From Sphingomonas sp. (GTDB taxonomy: Bacteria; Pseudomonadota; Alphaproteobacteria; Sphingomonadales; Sphingomonadaceae): a stretch of DNA of 52,923 nucleotides. Shown piece after piece: positions 36,675-45,682 of the stretch. Numbering within the stretch: position 1 is the stretch's first letter; each line of letters begins with the position of its first letter. The notes beneath the pieces were generated by a model. The model had not been told where the DNA came from, searched no databases, and saw nothing but the letters and a program-made list of their open reading frames with translations. The stretch covers positions 1-52,923 of the forward strand of contig DATLME010000114.1 in the NCBI GenBank assembly GCA_035537395.1. Direction: 5' to 3'. The translations under genes and the position numbers were made by a program.

Positions 36675-38096
36675 ATGCACGCGCCGACCGCCCCTGCCCC
36701 CATTCTCGACCGCATCGCCGTCCAGCCGGGGCTTCCCTATTTCCTCACCGAAGCGGGTACCCCCTGGACGCCGATCGGCCACAACGACGCGATCACCTGG
36801 CCCGAGCTCGCCGGCCTGTTCCGCCGGAAGGACCTGCCCGCGGTCGAGCGGCATCTCCTCTGGTTGAAGTCGCACGGCGTCACCTGCATCCGGCTGATGC
36901 TCGAATATTGCCATGGCGAGCATCGCTATCTCGAAAAGCCCGTCGGCCGCTTCGTGCCCAACATGGTACGGCTGTGGGACGATCTGTTCGCGCTGCTCGA
37001 GCGCGTCGGCATGCGGGTGCTGCTGACGCCGTACGACACCTTCTTCATGTGGATCCGCTGGCGCGACCACCCCTATAACCGCAAGAACGGCGGCCCCTGC
37101 ACGAGCCGGCGCGAATGGCTGACCTGCCCCGCGATGCGCGAAGCGGTCCGTGCGCGCCTCGCCTTCGCGACCGATCGCTGGGGCGACAGCCCCGCGCTGT
37201 TCGCCTGGGATCTCTGGAACGAGATGCACCCCGCGCATGGCGGCGACGATCCCGCCGCGGCGGCGCCGTTCGTCGACGATATCGGGCCCTGGCTGCGCGC
37301 CTATGAGACCGCACGCCACGGCCGTGCCAACCTCCAGACCGTGTCGGTATTCGGCCCCGTGCTGCTCGAACACCCCGCCATGGCCGACCCGATCTTTCGC
37401 CACCCCGCGCTCGATTTCGCGACCACGCACCTTTACGAGCACGGCACGATCGACGCCCCGCGGGATACCGTCGCGCCCGCGCTGTCGGTCGCACGGCTGA
37501 TCCGCGCCGCGATCGGCGAGACCAGCGACGCGCGACCGGTGTTCGATTCGGAACACGGCCCGATCCACAGCTTCAAGGATCGCAAGCGCACCCTGCCGGC
37601 GGCGTTCGACGACGAGTATTTCCGCCACATTCAATGGGCGCATCTCGCCAGCGGCGGTGCCGGCGGGGGCATGCGCTGGCCCAACCGTCACCCGCACGTG
37701 CTCACCGCCGGGATGCGCGCCGCGCAGCGCACGCTCGCCGATTTCCTGCCGCTGGTCGACTGGGCGCGCTTTCGCCGCCGCAACCTGACCGACGAGATCG
37801 CGGTCGACGATCCCGGCGTCGCGGCGTGCGGCTGCGGCGACGAGGCGCAGGCGCTCGCGTGGCTGGTTCGCCGCGATACGCTGCGCCGCGACGGCACCCT
37901 CGCCCCCGCCACCGCGCCGGCGCCGCTCAAATTGTGTGTCCCCGGCCTCGCCGACGGTGATTATATCGCGACGGTCTTCGACACCCGCGACGGCACCCTC
38001 CGCGCGGTCGACGCCGCCGCGACCGGGGGCATGCTCGTCGCCACGCTGCCGCCGGTGTTCCAGGATTACGCGGTCGCGATCGCCCGCAAAGGCTGA
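36675..38096 (+). CDS. putative clan GH-A (GH5-like) glycoside hydrolase
   Basis: GVTCIRL, AWDLWNEM (acid/base), H.Y, FDSEHG (nucleophile); no signal peptide. Confidence 0.65.
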   Translation: MHAPTAPAPILDRIAVQPGLPYFLTEAGTPWTPIGHNDAITWPELAGLFRRKDLPAVERHLLWLKSHGVTCIRLMLEYCHGEHRYLEKPVGRFVPNMVRLWDDLFALLERVGMRVLLTPYDTFFMWIRWRDHPYNRKNGGPCTSRREWLTCPAMREAVRARLAFATDRWGDSPALFAWDLWNEMHPAHGGDDPAAAAPFVDDIGPWLRAYETARHGRANLQTVSVFGPVLLEHPAMADPIFRHPALDFATTHLYEHGTIDAPRDTVAPALSVARLIRAAIGETSDARPVFDSEHGPIHSFKDRKRTLPAAFDDEYFRHIQWAHLASGGAGGGMRWPNRHPHVLTAGMRAAQRTLADFLPLVDWARFRRRNLTDEIAVDDPGVAACGCGDEAQALAWLVRRDTLRRDGTLAPATAPAPLKLCVPGLADGDYIATVFDTRDGTLRAVDAAATGGMLVATLPPVFQDYAVAIARKG

Positions 38097-38108
38097 TCGC
38101 ACGCGGCG

Positions 38109-38134
38109 GGAACGTTCGCGCGGGTCTCGCCGTT
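38109..38134 (+). promoter_or_regulatory. EcfG/SigT-type promoter
   Basis: exact GGAAC-N17-CGTT. Confidence 0.75.
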
Positions 38135-38155
38135 GGCAAGGGCGAGGAGACGATC

Positions 38156-38530
38156 ATGGACCAGCCATCCAGCACCGACCAGGCGCCCGCCGACATCGAC
38201 CACCGCGTCGGCCTGAAGGGTAACGAGCGCGCCACCCGCGGCGGACATTCCGGCCAGGAATATGACAGCCACGACAAGGTATCGCCGCGCTACGTCGCGG
38301 TCGCCGGCGAACATGGCGGCGAGGCGGTCGATCCCGACGTACCTAACCACGCCCCGGGCGAACAGATCCCGCCCGACGCCGGCCGCCGCGCCTATGTCGA
38401 CGAGAAGACCGGCGAGGTGCACGGCAGCGGCGCCGGCGCGGGCGGCGGCAGCCCGACCGAGGATTACGATCATAGCGCAGGCGGCGGCGGCGAAGTGCGC
38501 GACACCCAGCGTCCCGGCGGGGGGCGCTAA
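38156..38530 (+). CDS. Gly/Asp-rich hydrophilic stress protein
   Basis: GAGGAG RBS; TGEVHGSGAGAGGGSPTEDYD. Confidence 0.7.
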   Translation: MDQPSSTDQAPADIDHRVGLKGNERATRGGHSGQEYDSHDKVSPRYVAVAGEHGGEAVDPDVPNHAPGEQIPPDAGRRAYVDEKTGEVHGSGAGAGGGSPTEDYDHSAGGGGEVRDTQRPGGGR

Positions 38531-38535
38531 TCGCG

Positions 38536-39327
38536 ATGGCCGCGCAGGACTCAACCGGCCAGGGCAGCCGCTGGCCCGCTCGCTTGTGGATCGTTCGCCA
38601 CGGTGAAAGCGCCGGCAACGTCGCCCGGGACGCCGCCCACGCAGCGGGCGCGCAGCGGATCGAGCTCGACGCCCGCGACGTCGACATCCCGCTGTCGCCG
38701 CGCGGCGAGGATCAGGTCCGCGCTCTCGGCGAATGGTTTGCCCGGCAGCCCGTCGACGACCGCCCCGACGTGATCATCGCCTCGCCCTATCTGCGCGCGC
38801 GCACCAGCGCCCAGCTGTTCCGCGACGCCGGCGGCGCGGATCCCGACGAGCCGGTGTGCATCGACGAACGGCTCCGCGAGAAGGAGTTCGGCATCCTCGA
38901 CGGGCTGACCGTCGACGGGATCGTCGCGCTTCATCCCGAACAGGCGGAGTTCCGCCGCTTGCTCGGCAAATTCTATCATCGCCCGCCGGGCGGCGAGAGC
39001 TGGTGCGACGTCGTGTTCCGGCTGCGCTCGCTGATGGACACGATCGCGCTCCATTATGCCGGGCACCGGGTGATGATCGTCGCGCACCAGGTCGTCGTGC
39101 TCTGCCTGCGGTACATCATCGAGAACCTCAGCGAGCAGGAGATCCTCGCGATCGACAAGGCCGGCGACGTCGCCAACGCCGCGGTGACCGAATACCGGTT
39201 CGATCCGTCGGTCGGCCGTGACGGGGCGCTCGTGCTGGTCGACTACAACCGCACCACCGCGGTCGAACAGGACGACACCGCCGAAGTGACCGCCGAGCCC
39301 GAACGCACCAGCGCGGTGCGCGGATGA
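38536..39327 (+). CDS. histidine phosphatase (phosphoglycerate mutase-like) family protein
   Basis: VRHGES, SPYLRA, LREKEFG, PPGGES, VAH. Confidence 0.9.
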   Translation: MAAQDSTGQGSRWPARLWIVRHGESAGNVARDAAHAAGAQRIELDARDVDIPLSPRGEDQVRALGEWFARQPVDDRPDVIIASPYLRARTSAQLFRDAGGADPDEPVCIDERLREKEFGILDGLTVDGIVALHPEQAEFRRLLGKFYHRPPGGESWCDVVFRLRSLMDTIALHYAGHRVMIVAHQVVVLCLRYIIENLSEQEILAIDKAGDVANAAVTEYRFDPSVGRDGALVLVDYNRTTAVEQDDTAEVTAEPERTSAVRG

Positions 39328-40205
39328 GCGACTGCACCCTCCTCGACAGCGGCTGGATCGCCGCCCACCCGACGCCGGTTCACGGCGCCGGCACGACCAA
39401 GAACAGCCGCGGCCGCGTCCTCGTGATCGGTGGCTCGGCGCGCGTACCCGGCGCGATCCGGCTGACCGGCGAGGCGGCGTTGCGCGCCGGCGCCGGCAAG
39501 TTGCAGATGGCGACGATCGAGGCGGCGACGATCGCGCTCGGCGTCGTCGTCCCCGAAGCCGGGGTGATCGGTCTCCCCGTCGGGGACGATGGCGAGCTGG
39601 GCGCCGGCGCGGCCGACGCGCTGCGTGACTCGATCGAGCATGCCGACGTGATCATACTCGGGCCCGGGATGGGCTCCACCGATGCCGCCGGCCTCATTCT
39701 GGATGCGGTGCTCGCACTGGCCGCCGAGGACAGTGTCCTGGTCCTCGACGCTGCCGCGATCCCTGCAATGGCAACGCGCGACGCTGCCCTGGCACAGCGC
39801 AAAGGTCGCGTGATCGTGACACCGCATCACGGCGAGATGGCGGCGCTCACCGGCCTTGAGATCGACCGGATCGCAGCCGATCCCACCGCCATCGCTACCG
39901 ACATCGCCGAGCGCTTCGGCGCGGTAGTGGTGCTGAAGGCGAGCGAGACGATCATCGCCGCGCATGGGCAGGATCCGCTGCGCTACGGCGGCGGCGGGAT
40001 CGGCATGGCCACCGCCGGATCGGGCGACGTGCTCGCCGGCGCGGTCGGCGGCATCGCGTCGCGCGGCGCCGATCCGCATGTCGCCGCGGGTTGGGGAGTG
40101 TGGCTGCACGGCCAGGGCGGACGCCGCGCGGCGACGCTGCGCGGACCGATCGGGTTCCTGGCGCGCGAGCTGCCCGAGGAGTTCCCGCGGCTCCTGCCGC
40201 AATAG
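39324..40205 (+). CDS. nnrD: stand-alone NAD(P)HX dehydratase (YjeF-C) family protein
   Basis: K..RGRVLVIGGS, ALRAGAG, GPGMG, VLDA, TPHHGEM, TAGSGDVLAG. Confidence 0.85.
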   Translation: MSDCTLLDSGWIAAHPTPVHGAGTTKNSRGRVLVIGGSARVPGAIRLTGEAALRAGAGKLQMATIEAATIALGVVVPEAGVIGLPVGDDGELGAGAADALRDSIEHADVIILGPGMGSTDAAGLILDAVLALAAEDSVLVLDAAAIPAMATRDAALAQRKGRVIVTPHHGEMAALTGLEIDRIAADPTAIATDIAERFGAVVVLKASETIIAAHGQDPLRYGGGGIGMATAGSGDVLAGAVGGIASRGADPHVAAGWGVWLHGQGGRRAATLRGPIGFLARELPEEFPRLLPQ

Positions 40206-40223
40206 CCAGTCTGGAGAGCGACC

Positions 40224-40373
40224 ATGACCGAGAACCTGCCCCGCCCGCTTGCCGACCGGCTGCTCGGTCCCGCGATCGGGCTGACGATCGCCGCCGCCGG
40301 GGCGACGCTCTGGTTCGATTGGGCGCGGCGCGAACGCCGTCTCGAACGACAGACCCGCGATCGCCTGCGTTGA
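40224..40373 (+). CDS. 49-aa single-TM small protein (not in the ORF track)
   Basis: GGAGAG RBS; MTENLPRPLADRLLGPAIGLTIAAAGATLWFDWARRERRLERQTRDRLR fills the gap between nnrD and the MBL gene. Confidence 0.55.
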   Translation: MTENLPRPLADRLLGPAIGLTIAAAGATLWFDWARRERRLERQTRDRLR

Positions 40374-40413
40374 TCCCGCGTTCTAACCCGTCTCCATCCC
40401 GCCGGAGCTGATC

Positions 40414-41256
40414 ATGCGTATTCACCACCTCAATTGCGGCACCTGTTGCCCGGTCGGCGGTCGTCTGTTCGACGGCCATAGCGCGCACGCGTCCGCGCAT
40501 CTCGTCTGCCACTGCCTGTTGATCGAAAGCGACGCGGGCCTCGTGCTGGTCGATACCGGCTACGGCCTTCGCGACGTCGATCGCCCACGCGAGCGGCTGT
40601 CCGATTTCTTCCTCGCGCTCAATCGGCCGCAGCTGCGACGCGAGGAGACCGCGGCGGCGCAGGTGCGCGCGCGGGGCTTCGATCCTGCCGACGTCCGCCA
40701 CATCGTCGTCACCCATCTCGATTTCGACCATGCCGGCGGGATCGAGGATTTTCCGAACGCCCGCATCCATGTCACCGCGCGTGAGAAGGAGGTCGCGGAC
40801 GAACGCCGCGGCGGCGCCTTCGTCTCGCGCAAGCGCTATCGCCCCCGGCAGTGGAACGAGGCGAGCGACTGGTCGCTCTACCCGCTCGGCGGCGGCGAGC
40901 GCTGGTTCGGGTTCGACGCGGTGCGCGATCTCGCGGGCCTTCCTCCCGAGATCCTGCTGGTGCCGCTCGCCGGGCACACCTGGGGCCATGCCGGGGTCGC
41001 GGTGCAGGAGGATGACGGCCGCTGGCTGTTCTATGCCGGCGACGCCTATTTCCATCACGGCGAGGTCGGCAAGGCCGCCCGCGAATGCCCGCCCGGGCTG
41101 CGCGCCTATCAGCAGCTGATGGAGGTCGATCGCGCCGCACGCCTTGCCAATCAGGCGCGGGTCCGGTCGCTCTCGGTCGATCATGGCGACGCGGTTCGCG
41201 TGTTCTGCGCGCACGACCGGATCGAGTTCCAGGCCCTGGCGGCAAGCCGGACGTGA
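40414..41256 (+). CDS. MBL-fold metallo-hydrolase
   Basis: LVDTG, THLDFDHAGG, GHT.GH, AGDA, terminal CAHD. Confidence 0.9.
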   Translation: MRIHHLNCGTCCPVGGRLFDGHSAHASAHLVCHCLLIESDAGLVLVDTGYGLRDVDRPRERLSDFFLALNRPQLRREETAAAQVRARGFDPADVRHIVVTHLDFDHAGGIEDFPNARIHVTAREKEVADERRGGAFVSRKRYRPRQWNEASDWSLYPLGGGERWFGFDAVRDLAGLPPEILLVPLAGHTWGHAGVAVQEDDGRWLFYAGDAYFHHGEVGKAARECPPGLRAYQQLMEVDRAARLANQARVRSLSVDHGDAVRVFCAHDRIEFQALAASRT

Positions 41257-41260
41257 TCCG

Positions 41261-42289
41261 GTGACCACAGCCGATCATGTCGCGCTGGTGCTCGGCGGCG
41301 GCAACGCGCTCGGCGCGTATCAGGCCGGCGCCTATGCCGCATTGCACCGCCACGGGCTGCCGATCCACCGCATCGTCGGCGCCTCCGCAGGCGCGATCAA
41401 CGGCGCGCTGATCGCAGGCAATGCGCCGGAGGACCGCCTCGCACGGCTCGCGGGCCTGTGGCAGCCCGCGCCCGGCCCCGTCCCGGCGAGCTGGATGCCG
41501 CAATCCGCCGATACCGCGCGGCGCTCGCTCGCCGCGACCTGGGCGCTGACGACCGGGCGGACCGGGATCTTTCGCCCGCGCGGCACCGCGCTGTGGCAGG
41601 CGATGGTCGGCGCCGATCACCCGGGGATGTACGACACCAGCGAGCTCGAGGCGACGCTGCGCGCCTCGATCGACGTCGACCGCCTCAACGCCGGCGACAT
41701 CGCCTATGCGGCGACCGCAGTCGATCTGGAAAGCGGCGAGGATGTCGTGTTCGACACTGCAGAGATGGTGGTGACGCCGACCCACGTCCGGGCGAGCAGC
41801 GCGCTGCCGCCCGCCTTTCCGCCGATCGAGATCGAGGGCCGCTGGTACGTCGATGCGGGGCTGTCCGCGAACCTGCCGCTCGACCCGATCTTGGCGGCAC
41901 CGCGGCCGGGCACCACGCTCTGCATCGCCATCGATCTGTTGCCGCTCGCGTCGCCGCGGCCGCAATCGCTCGGCGAGGTGACGGAACGCACCCAGGACCT
42001 GATCTTTGCCGCGCAGAGCCGGCGCACCCTGGCCCGTTGGCAGGCGGTAGCCGCGGCGCAAGGGATCGGCCCCGATACGCCCTCGGTGCACGTGGTCCAC
42101 CTGCAATATGCGGCGCAGGAGCGCGAGATTTCCGGCAAGGCGTTCGATTTCTCGCCCGAGACCGCGCACGAGCGCTGGGCCGCGGGCGAGCATGCCATGA
42201 CCGGGCTGCTCGACGCGCTCGATCGTGGGTCGATCGCGATCGGCATACCGGGGTTGACGGTGACCACGCTTCGCCCCGACGGCCGCTAG
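41261..42289 (+). CDS. patatin-like phospholipase
   Basis: LGGGNALGAY, GASAG nucleophile elbow, ASSALPPAFPP, DAG. Confidence 0.88.
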   Translation: MTTADHVALVLGGGNALGAYQAGAYAALHRHGLPIHRIVGASAGAINGALIAGNAPEDRLARLAGLWQPAPGPVPASWMPQSADTARRSLAATWALTTGRTGIFRPRGTALWQAMVGADHPGMYDTSELEATLRASIDVDRLNAGDIAYAATAVDLESGEDVVFDTAEMVVTPTHVRASSALPPAFPPIEIEGRWYVDAGLSANLPLDPILAAPRPGTTLCIAIDLLPLASPRPQSLGEVTERTQDLIFAAQSRRTLARWQAVAAAQGIGPDTPSVHVVHLQYAAQEREISGKAFDFSPETAHERWAAGEHAMTGLLDALDRGSIAIGIPGLTVTTLRPDGR

Positions 42290-42308
42290 TCGCCCGTGCG
42301 GCGATGCT

Positions 42309-42333
42309 GGAACCAGCACGGGACTGGTTCATT
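42309..42333 (+). promoter_or_regulatory. EcfG/SigT-type promoter of ligD
   Basis: GGAAC-N16-CATT. Confidence 0.65.
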
Positions 42334-42371
42334 CGTATTGCGTACGTAACGAAGCGAGAGGCGACCCGGAA

Positions 42372-44876
42372 ATGGCCCGTACCGCGACAAAAGACGCGAG
42401 CGCAGCGGATAGCCTGACGACCTACCGCGCCAAGCGCGACTTCGCCAAGACCGCCGAGCCGTCGGGCGCGAGCAAGCCGGGCGCGGGCAACGGCTTCATC
42501 GTCCAGAAGCACGATGCCACGCGGTTGCACTATGATTTCCGCCTCGAACTCGACGGCGTCCTGCTGAGCTGGGCGGTGACACGCGGGCCCAGCCTCAACC
42601 CCGACGACAAGCGGCTCGCGGTCCGTACCGAGGATCACCCGCTCGACTACGCGACGTTCGAGGGCACGATCCCCAAGGGCCAATATGGCGGCGGCACGGT
42701 GATGCTGTGGGACAACGGCACGTGGGAGCCGCTCGCGGGCAAGGATCCGCGCAAGACGCTGGCCGAGGGGCACCTCCACTTCTTCCTCCACGGCCGCCGC
42801 ATGAAGGGCGAGTGGATCATGATCCGCCTGAAGCCGCGCGGGCGGGAAAAGGGAGAAAACTGGCTGCTTCGCAAGGTCGCTGACGAACATTCCGCCGGCT
42901 CCGACGATCTGGTCGCGACGCATCTCACCGGTATCGAGAGCGGGCTGACGATGGCCGAGATCGCGGCGGGCAAGATTGCTGCCAAGCGCAAGCCAGCAAA
43001 GGCGCAGCCGGCGGCGGCCGCCCGCAAGCCGCGCGCGACCGCGAAGAAGGACAAGCTCGCGCCGCCGCCGTTCCGCGCGGTCCAGCTGGCGACGCTGGTC
43101 GATCACGTCCCCGCGGGCAACGCCTGGCTGCACGAGATGAAATATGACGGTTATCGCACCCTGATCTCGGTCGGTGACGACGAAGGTCGTGCCTATACCC
43201 GCTCCGGGCTCGACTGGACCGACCGGTTCGCGCCCGTGGTCGCCGATGCGGTCGCGTCGCTCGATGCGCGATCCGCGCTGCTCGATGGCGAGGCGGTGGT
43301 GGTCGATCCCGACGGCCGCACCAGCTTCCAGCGCCTGCAGGGCGCACTTAAGGACGATCCGGGCGCGATCCTCTACTATGCCTTCGACCTGCTCGAGCTC
43401 GACGGCGAGGATCTCACCGGCCTGCCGCTCGTCGAACGCAAGGAAAAGCTGAAGGCGCTGGTCGGCGATGGCACCGCGAAGCTTCGCTATTCGGATCACA
43501 TCGTCGGGCGCGGCGAAGAATTGTTCGGCAGCTTCTGCGAAGCCGGGCTCGAAGGCGTCATCTCCAAGCGCGCCGACGGCCGTTATGTCGGGGCGCGGTC
43601 GAGCGGCTGGCTCAAGACCAAGTGCATCAGGCGCCAGGAATTCATCGTGGTGGGCTGGACCCGCTCGGACAAGCAGCGCGGCTTTCGTGCGTTGCTGCTC
43701 GGCGTCAATGAAGACGGCAAGCTCCGCTATGCGGGCAAGGTCGGCACCGGCTTCACCGGCGACGAGATGGACCGGCTGATGGGCCTGATGGCGCCGCTGC
43801 ACGTCGACACGCCGACCGTCACCGCGCCCCGCGCGGCGGTTCGCGGCGCCCAGTGGATCAAGCCCAAGCTGGTCGCCGAGGTCGCCTTCATGGAGATCAC
43901 GGACGACAAGGTCCTGCGGCATTCGAGCTATCTCGGCCTGCGTCTCGACAAGAAGCCGGAGGCGGTTGTGCTGGAAACCGCGGCGCCGGTCGAGACGGTC
44001 GCCGCGCCCGTCCCGACGACGGTCCGCGTGACCAATCGCGAGCGCGTGATCTTTCCCGAGGGCAAGCTCACCAAGGGCGAGCTGGCCGACTATTACCAGG
44101 CGGTGTCGGCGATCATGCTGCCCTGGGCGGGAAGCCGGCCGATCAGCCTGGTCCGCTGCCCGCAGGGCCGCGGCAAGAAATGCTTCTTCCAGAAGCACGA
44201 TGCCGGCAGCTTCGGCGATCACGTCCACCATGTCGGCATCACCGAAAAGGACGGCCACCAGGAGCCTTACCTCTTCGTCGACGATGCCGAGGGGCTGGTC
44301 ACCTGCGTGCAGATGGGCACGATCGAGTTCCACGGCTGGGGCGCACGGATCGAGGACGTCGAGAAGGCCGACCGGCTGGTGTTCGATCTCGATCCCGACG
44401 AGGGGCTGGCCTTCGCCGACGTGGTCTCGGCGGCGTTCCACGTCCGCGACATGCTGGCCGAGATGGGGCTGGCGACCTTCGCGATGGTTACGGGCGGCAA
44501 GGGCGTGCACGTCATCGCGCCGCTGACGCCGCAGGCCGAATGGCCCGCGGTGAAGGATTTCGCGCATCGTTTCGCGATGGCGCTGGCGCAGGCGGAGCCC
44601 GAACGCTTCACCGCCGCGCTCGCCAAGGCCAAGCGTACCGGCCGGATCTTCATCGATTACCTCCGCAACCAGCGCGGCGCGACCGCGGTGATGCCCTACA
44701 GCGTGCGCGCACGGGAACATGCGCCGGTCGCGGTACCGATCACTTGGGACGAGCTGCGCGGGCTCGACGGCGCGGCACACTGGCATCTCGGCGACGCCGC
44801 CGAATTGCTGAAGCGCGCGGCCTCGAAGGATCTCGCCGGCTGGGGCCGCGCCGACCAGATCCTGCCCGATCTTTGA
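42372..44876 (+). CDS. ligD: NHEJ DNA ligase D (phosphoesterase-ligase-polymerase)
   Basis: QKHDATRLHYDFRLE (PE), EMKYDGYR and EGVISK (ligase), FFQKH and FDLDP (polymerase). Confidence 0.96.
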   Translation: MARTATKDASAADSLTTYRAKRDFAKTAEPSGASKPGAGNGFIVQKHDATRLHYDFRLELDGVLLSWAVTRGPSLNPDDKRLAVRTEDHPLDYATFEGTIPKGQYGGGTVMLWDNGTWEPLAGKDPRKTLAEGHLHFFLHGRRMKGEWIMIRLKPRGREKGENWLLRKVADEHSAGSDDLVATHLTGIESGLTMAEIAAGKIAAKRKPAKAQPAAAARKPRATAKKDKLAPPPFRAVQLATLVDHVPAGNAWLHEMKYDGYRTLISVGDDEGRAYTRSGLDWTDRFAPVVADAVASLDARSALLDGEAVVVDPDGRTSFQRLQGALKDDPGAILYYAFDLLELDGEDLTGLPLVERKEKLKALVGDGTAKLRYSDHIVGRGEELFGSFCEAGLEGVISKRADGRYVGARSSGWLKTKCIRRQEFIVVGWTRSDKQRGFRALLLGVNEDGKLRYAGKVGTGFTGDEMDRLMGLMAPLHVDTPTVTAPRAAVRGAQWIKPKLVAEVAFMEITDDKVLRHSSYLGLRLDKKPEAVVLETAAPVETVAAPVPTTVRVTNRERVIFPEGKLTKGELADYYQAVSAIMLPWAGSRPISLVRCPQGRGKKCFFQKHDAGSFGDHVHHVGITEKDGHQEPYLFVDDAEGLVTCVQMGTIEFHGWGARIEDVEKADRLVFDLDPDEGLAFADVVSAAFHVRDMLAEMGLATFAMVTGGKGVHVIAPLTPQAEWPAVKDFAHRFAMALAQAEPERFTAALAKAKRTGRIFIDYLRNQRGATAVMPYSVRAREHAPVAVPITWDELRGLDGAAHWHLGDAAELLKRAASKDLAGWGRADQILPDL

Positions 44877-45682
44877 TGCGGATCGCGACGTACAATGTGA
44901 ACGGCGTCAACGGCCGGCTCGCAGTGCTGCTGCGCTGGCTCGAGGAAACCCGGCCCGATATCGTCTGCCTGCAGGAGCTGAAGGCACCGTCCGAGAAATT
45001 CCCCGAGGCTGCGATCCGCGATCTCGGCTACGACGCGGTGTGGCAGGGGCAGAAAAGCTGGAACGGCGTCGCGCTGCTCAGCCGTGTCGGCGACATCCAC
45101 GAGACCCGCCGCGGGCTGCCCGGAGAACCCGAGGACAGCCAGAGCCGCTATCTGGAGGCCGCGATCAACGGCGTGCTCGTCGCCTGCCTGTACCTGCCCA
45201 ACGGCAATCCCCGCCCCGGCCCCAAGTTCGACTACAAGATGCGCTGGTTCGAGCGGCTGATCGATCATGCCGCCGGTCTGTTCGCGAGCGGCGCACCGGT
45301 GGTGATCGCCGGCGACTTCAACGTCATGCCCACCGAACGCGACGTCTACAAACCCGAACGCTGGACCGAGGACGCGCTGTTCGCCCCCGAGGTGCGCGAT
45401 GCGTTCGCCCGGCTGGTGGCGCAGGGCTGGACCGACGCGCTCCGCACCCGCCACCCCGACGAGACGATCTACACCTTCTGGGATTATTTCCGGAACGCCT
45501 ATGCGCGCGACGCCGGCTTGCGGCTCGATCATTTTCTGCTCAGCCCCGCACTCGCGCCGCGGCTGAAGGATGCGCAGGTCGACCGCGACGTCCGCGGCTG
45601 GGAAAAGACCAGCGACCACGCCCCGGTCTGGATCGAGCTCGCCGACGCCGCGCCGCGCCGCCGCGCTGCCGCGAAGGGCTAG
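44876..45682 (+). CDS. xth: exodeoxyribonuclease III / AP endonuclease
   Basis: MRIATYNVNG, LQELK, YLPNG, GDFN, RLDH, SDHAP; TGATG overlap with ligD. Confidence 0.93.
   Translation: MRIATYNVNGVNGRLAVLLRWLEETRPDIVCLQELKAPSEKFPEAAIRDLGYDAVWQGQKSWNGVALLSRVGDIHETRRGLPGEPEDSQSRYLEAAINGVLVACLYLPNGNPRPGPKFDYKMRWFERLIDHAAGLFASGAPVVIAGDFNVMPTERDVYKPERWTEDALFAPEVRDAFARLVAQGWTDALRTRHPDETIYTFWDYFRNAYARDAGLRLDHFLLSPALAPRLKDAQVDRDVRGWEKTSDHAPVWIELADAAPRRRAAAKG

Noticed and set aside
40414-41256. Beta-lactamase or anti-phage nuclease call for the MBL gene, and a CBASS-like call for patatin
   Set aside because: No signal peptide, no nucleotide cyclase or other defence gene nearby; generic hydrolases are the simpler reading
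41685-44786. 1033-aa antisense ORF over ligD, and similar long ORFs such as 45040-47418, 24538-26556, 30632-32698 and 18860-20575
   Set aside because: Shadow ORFs produced by G/C-biased codons of the real genes; Arg/Ala-rich with no recognisable motifs
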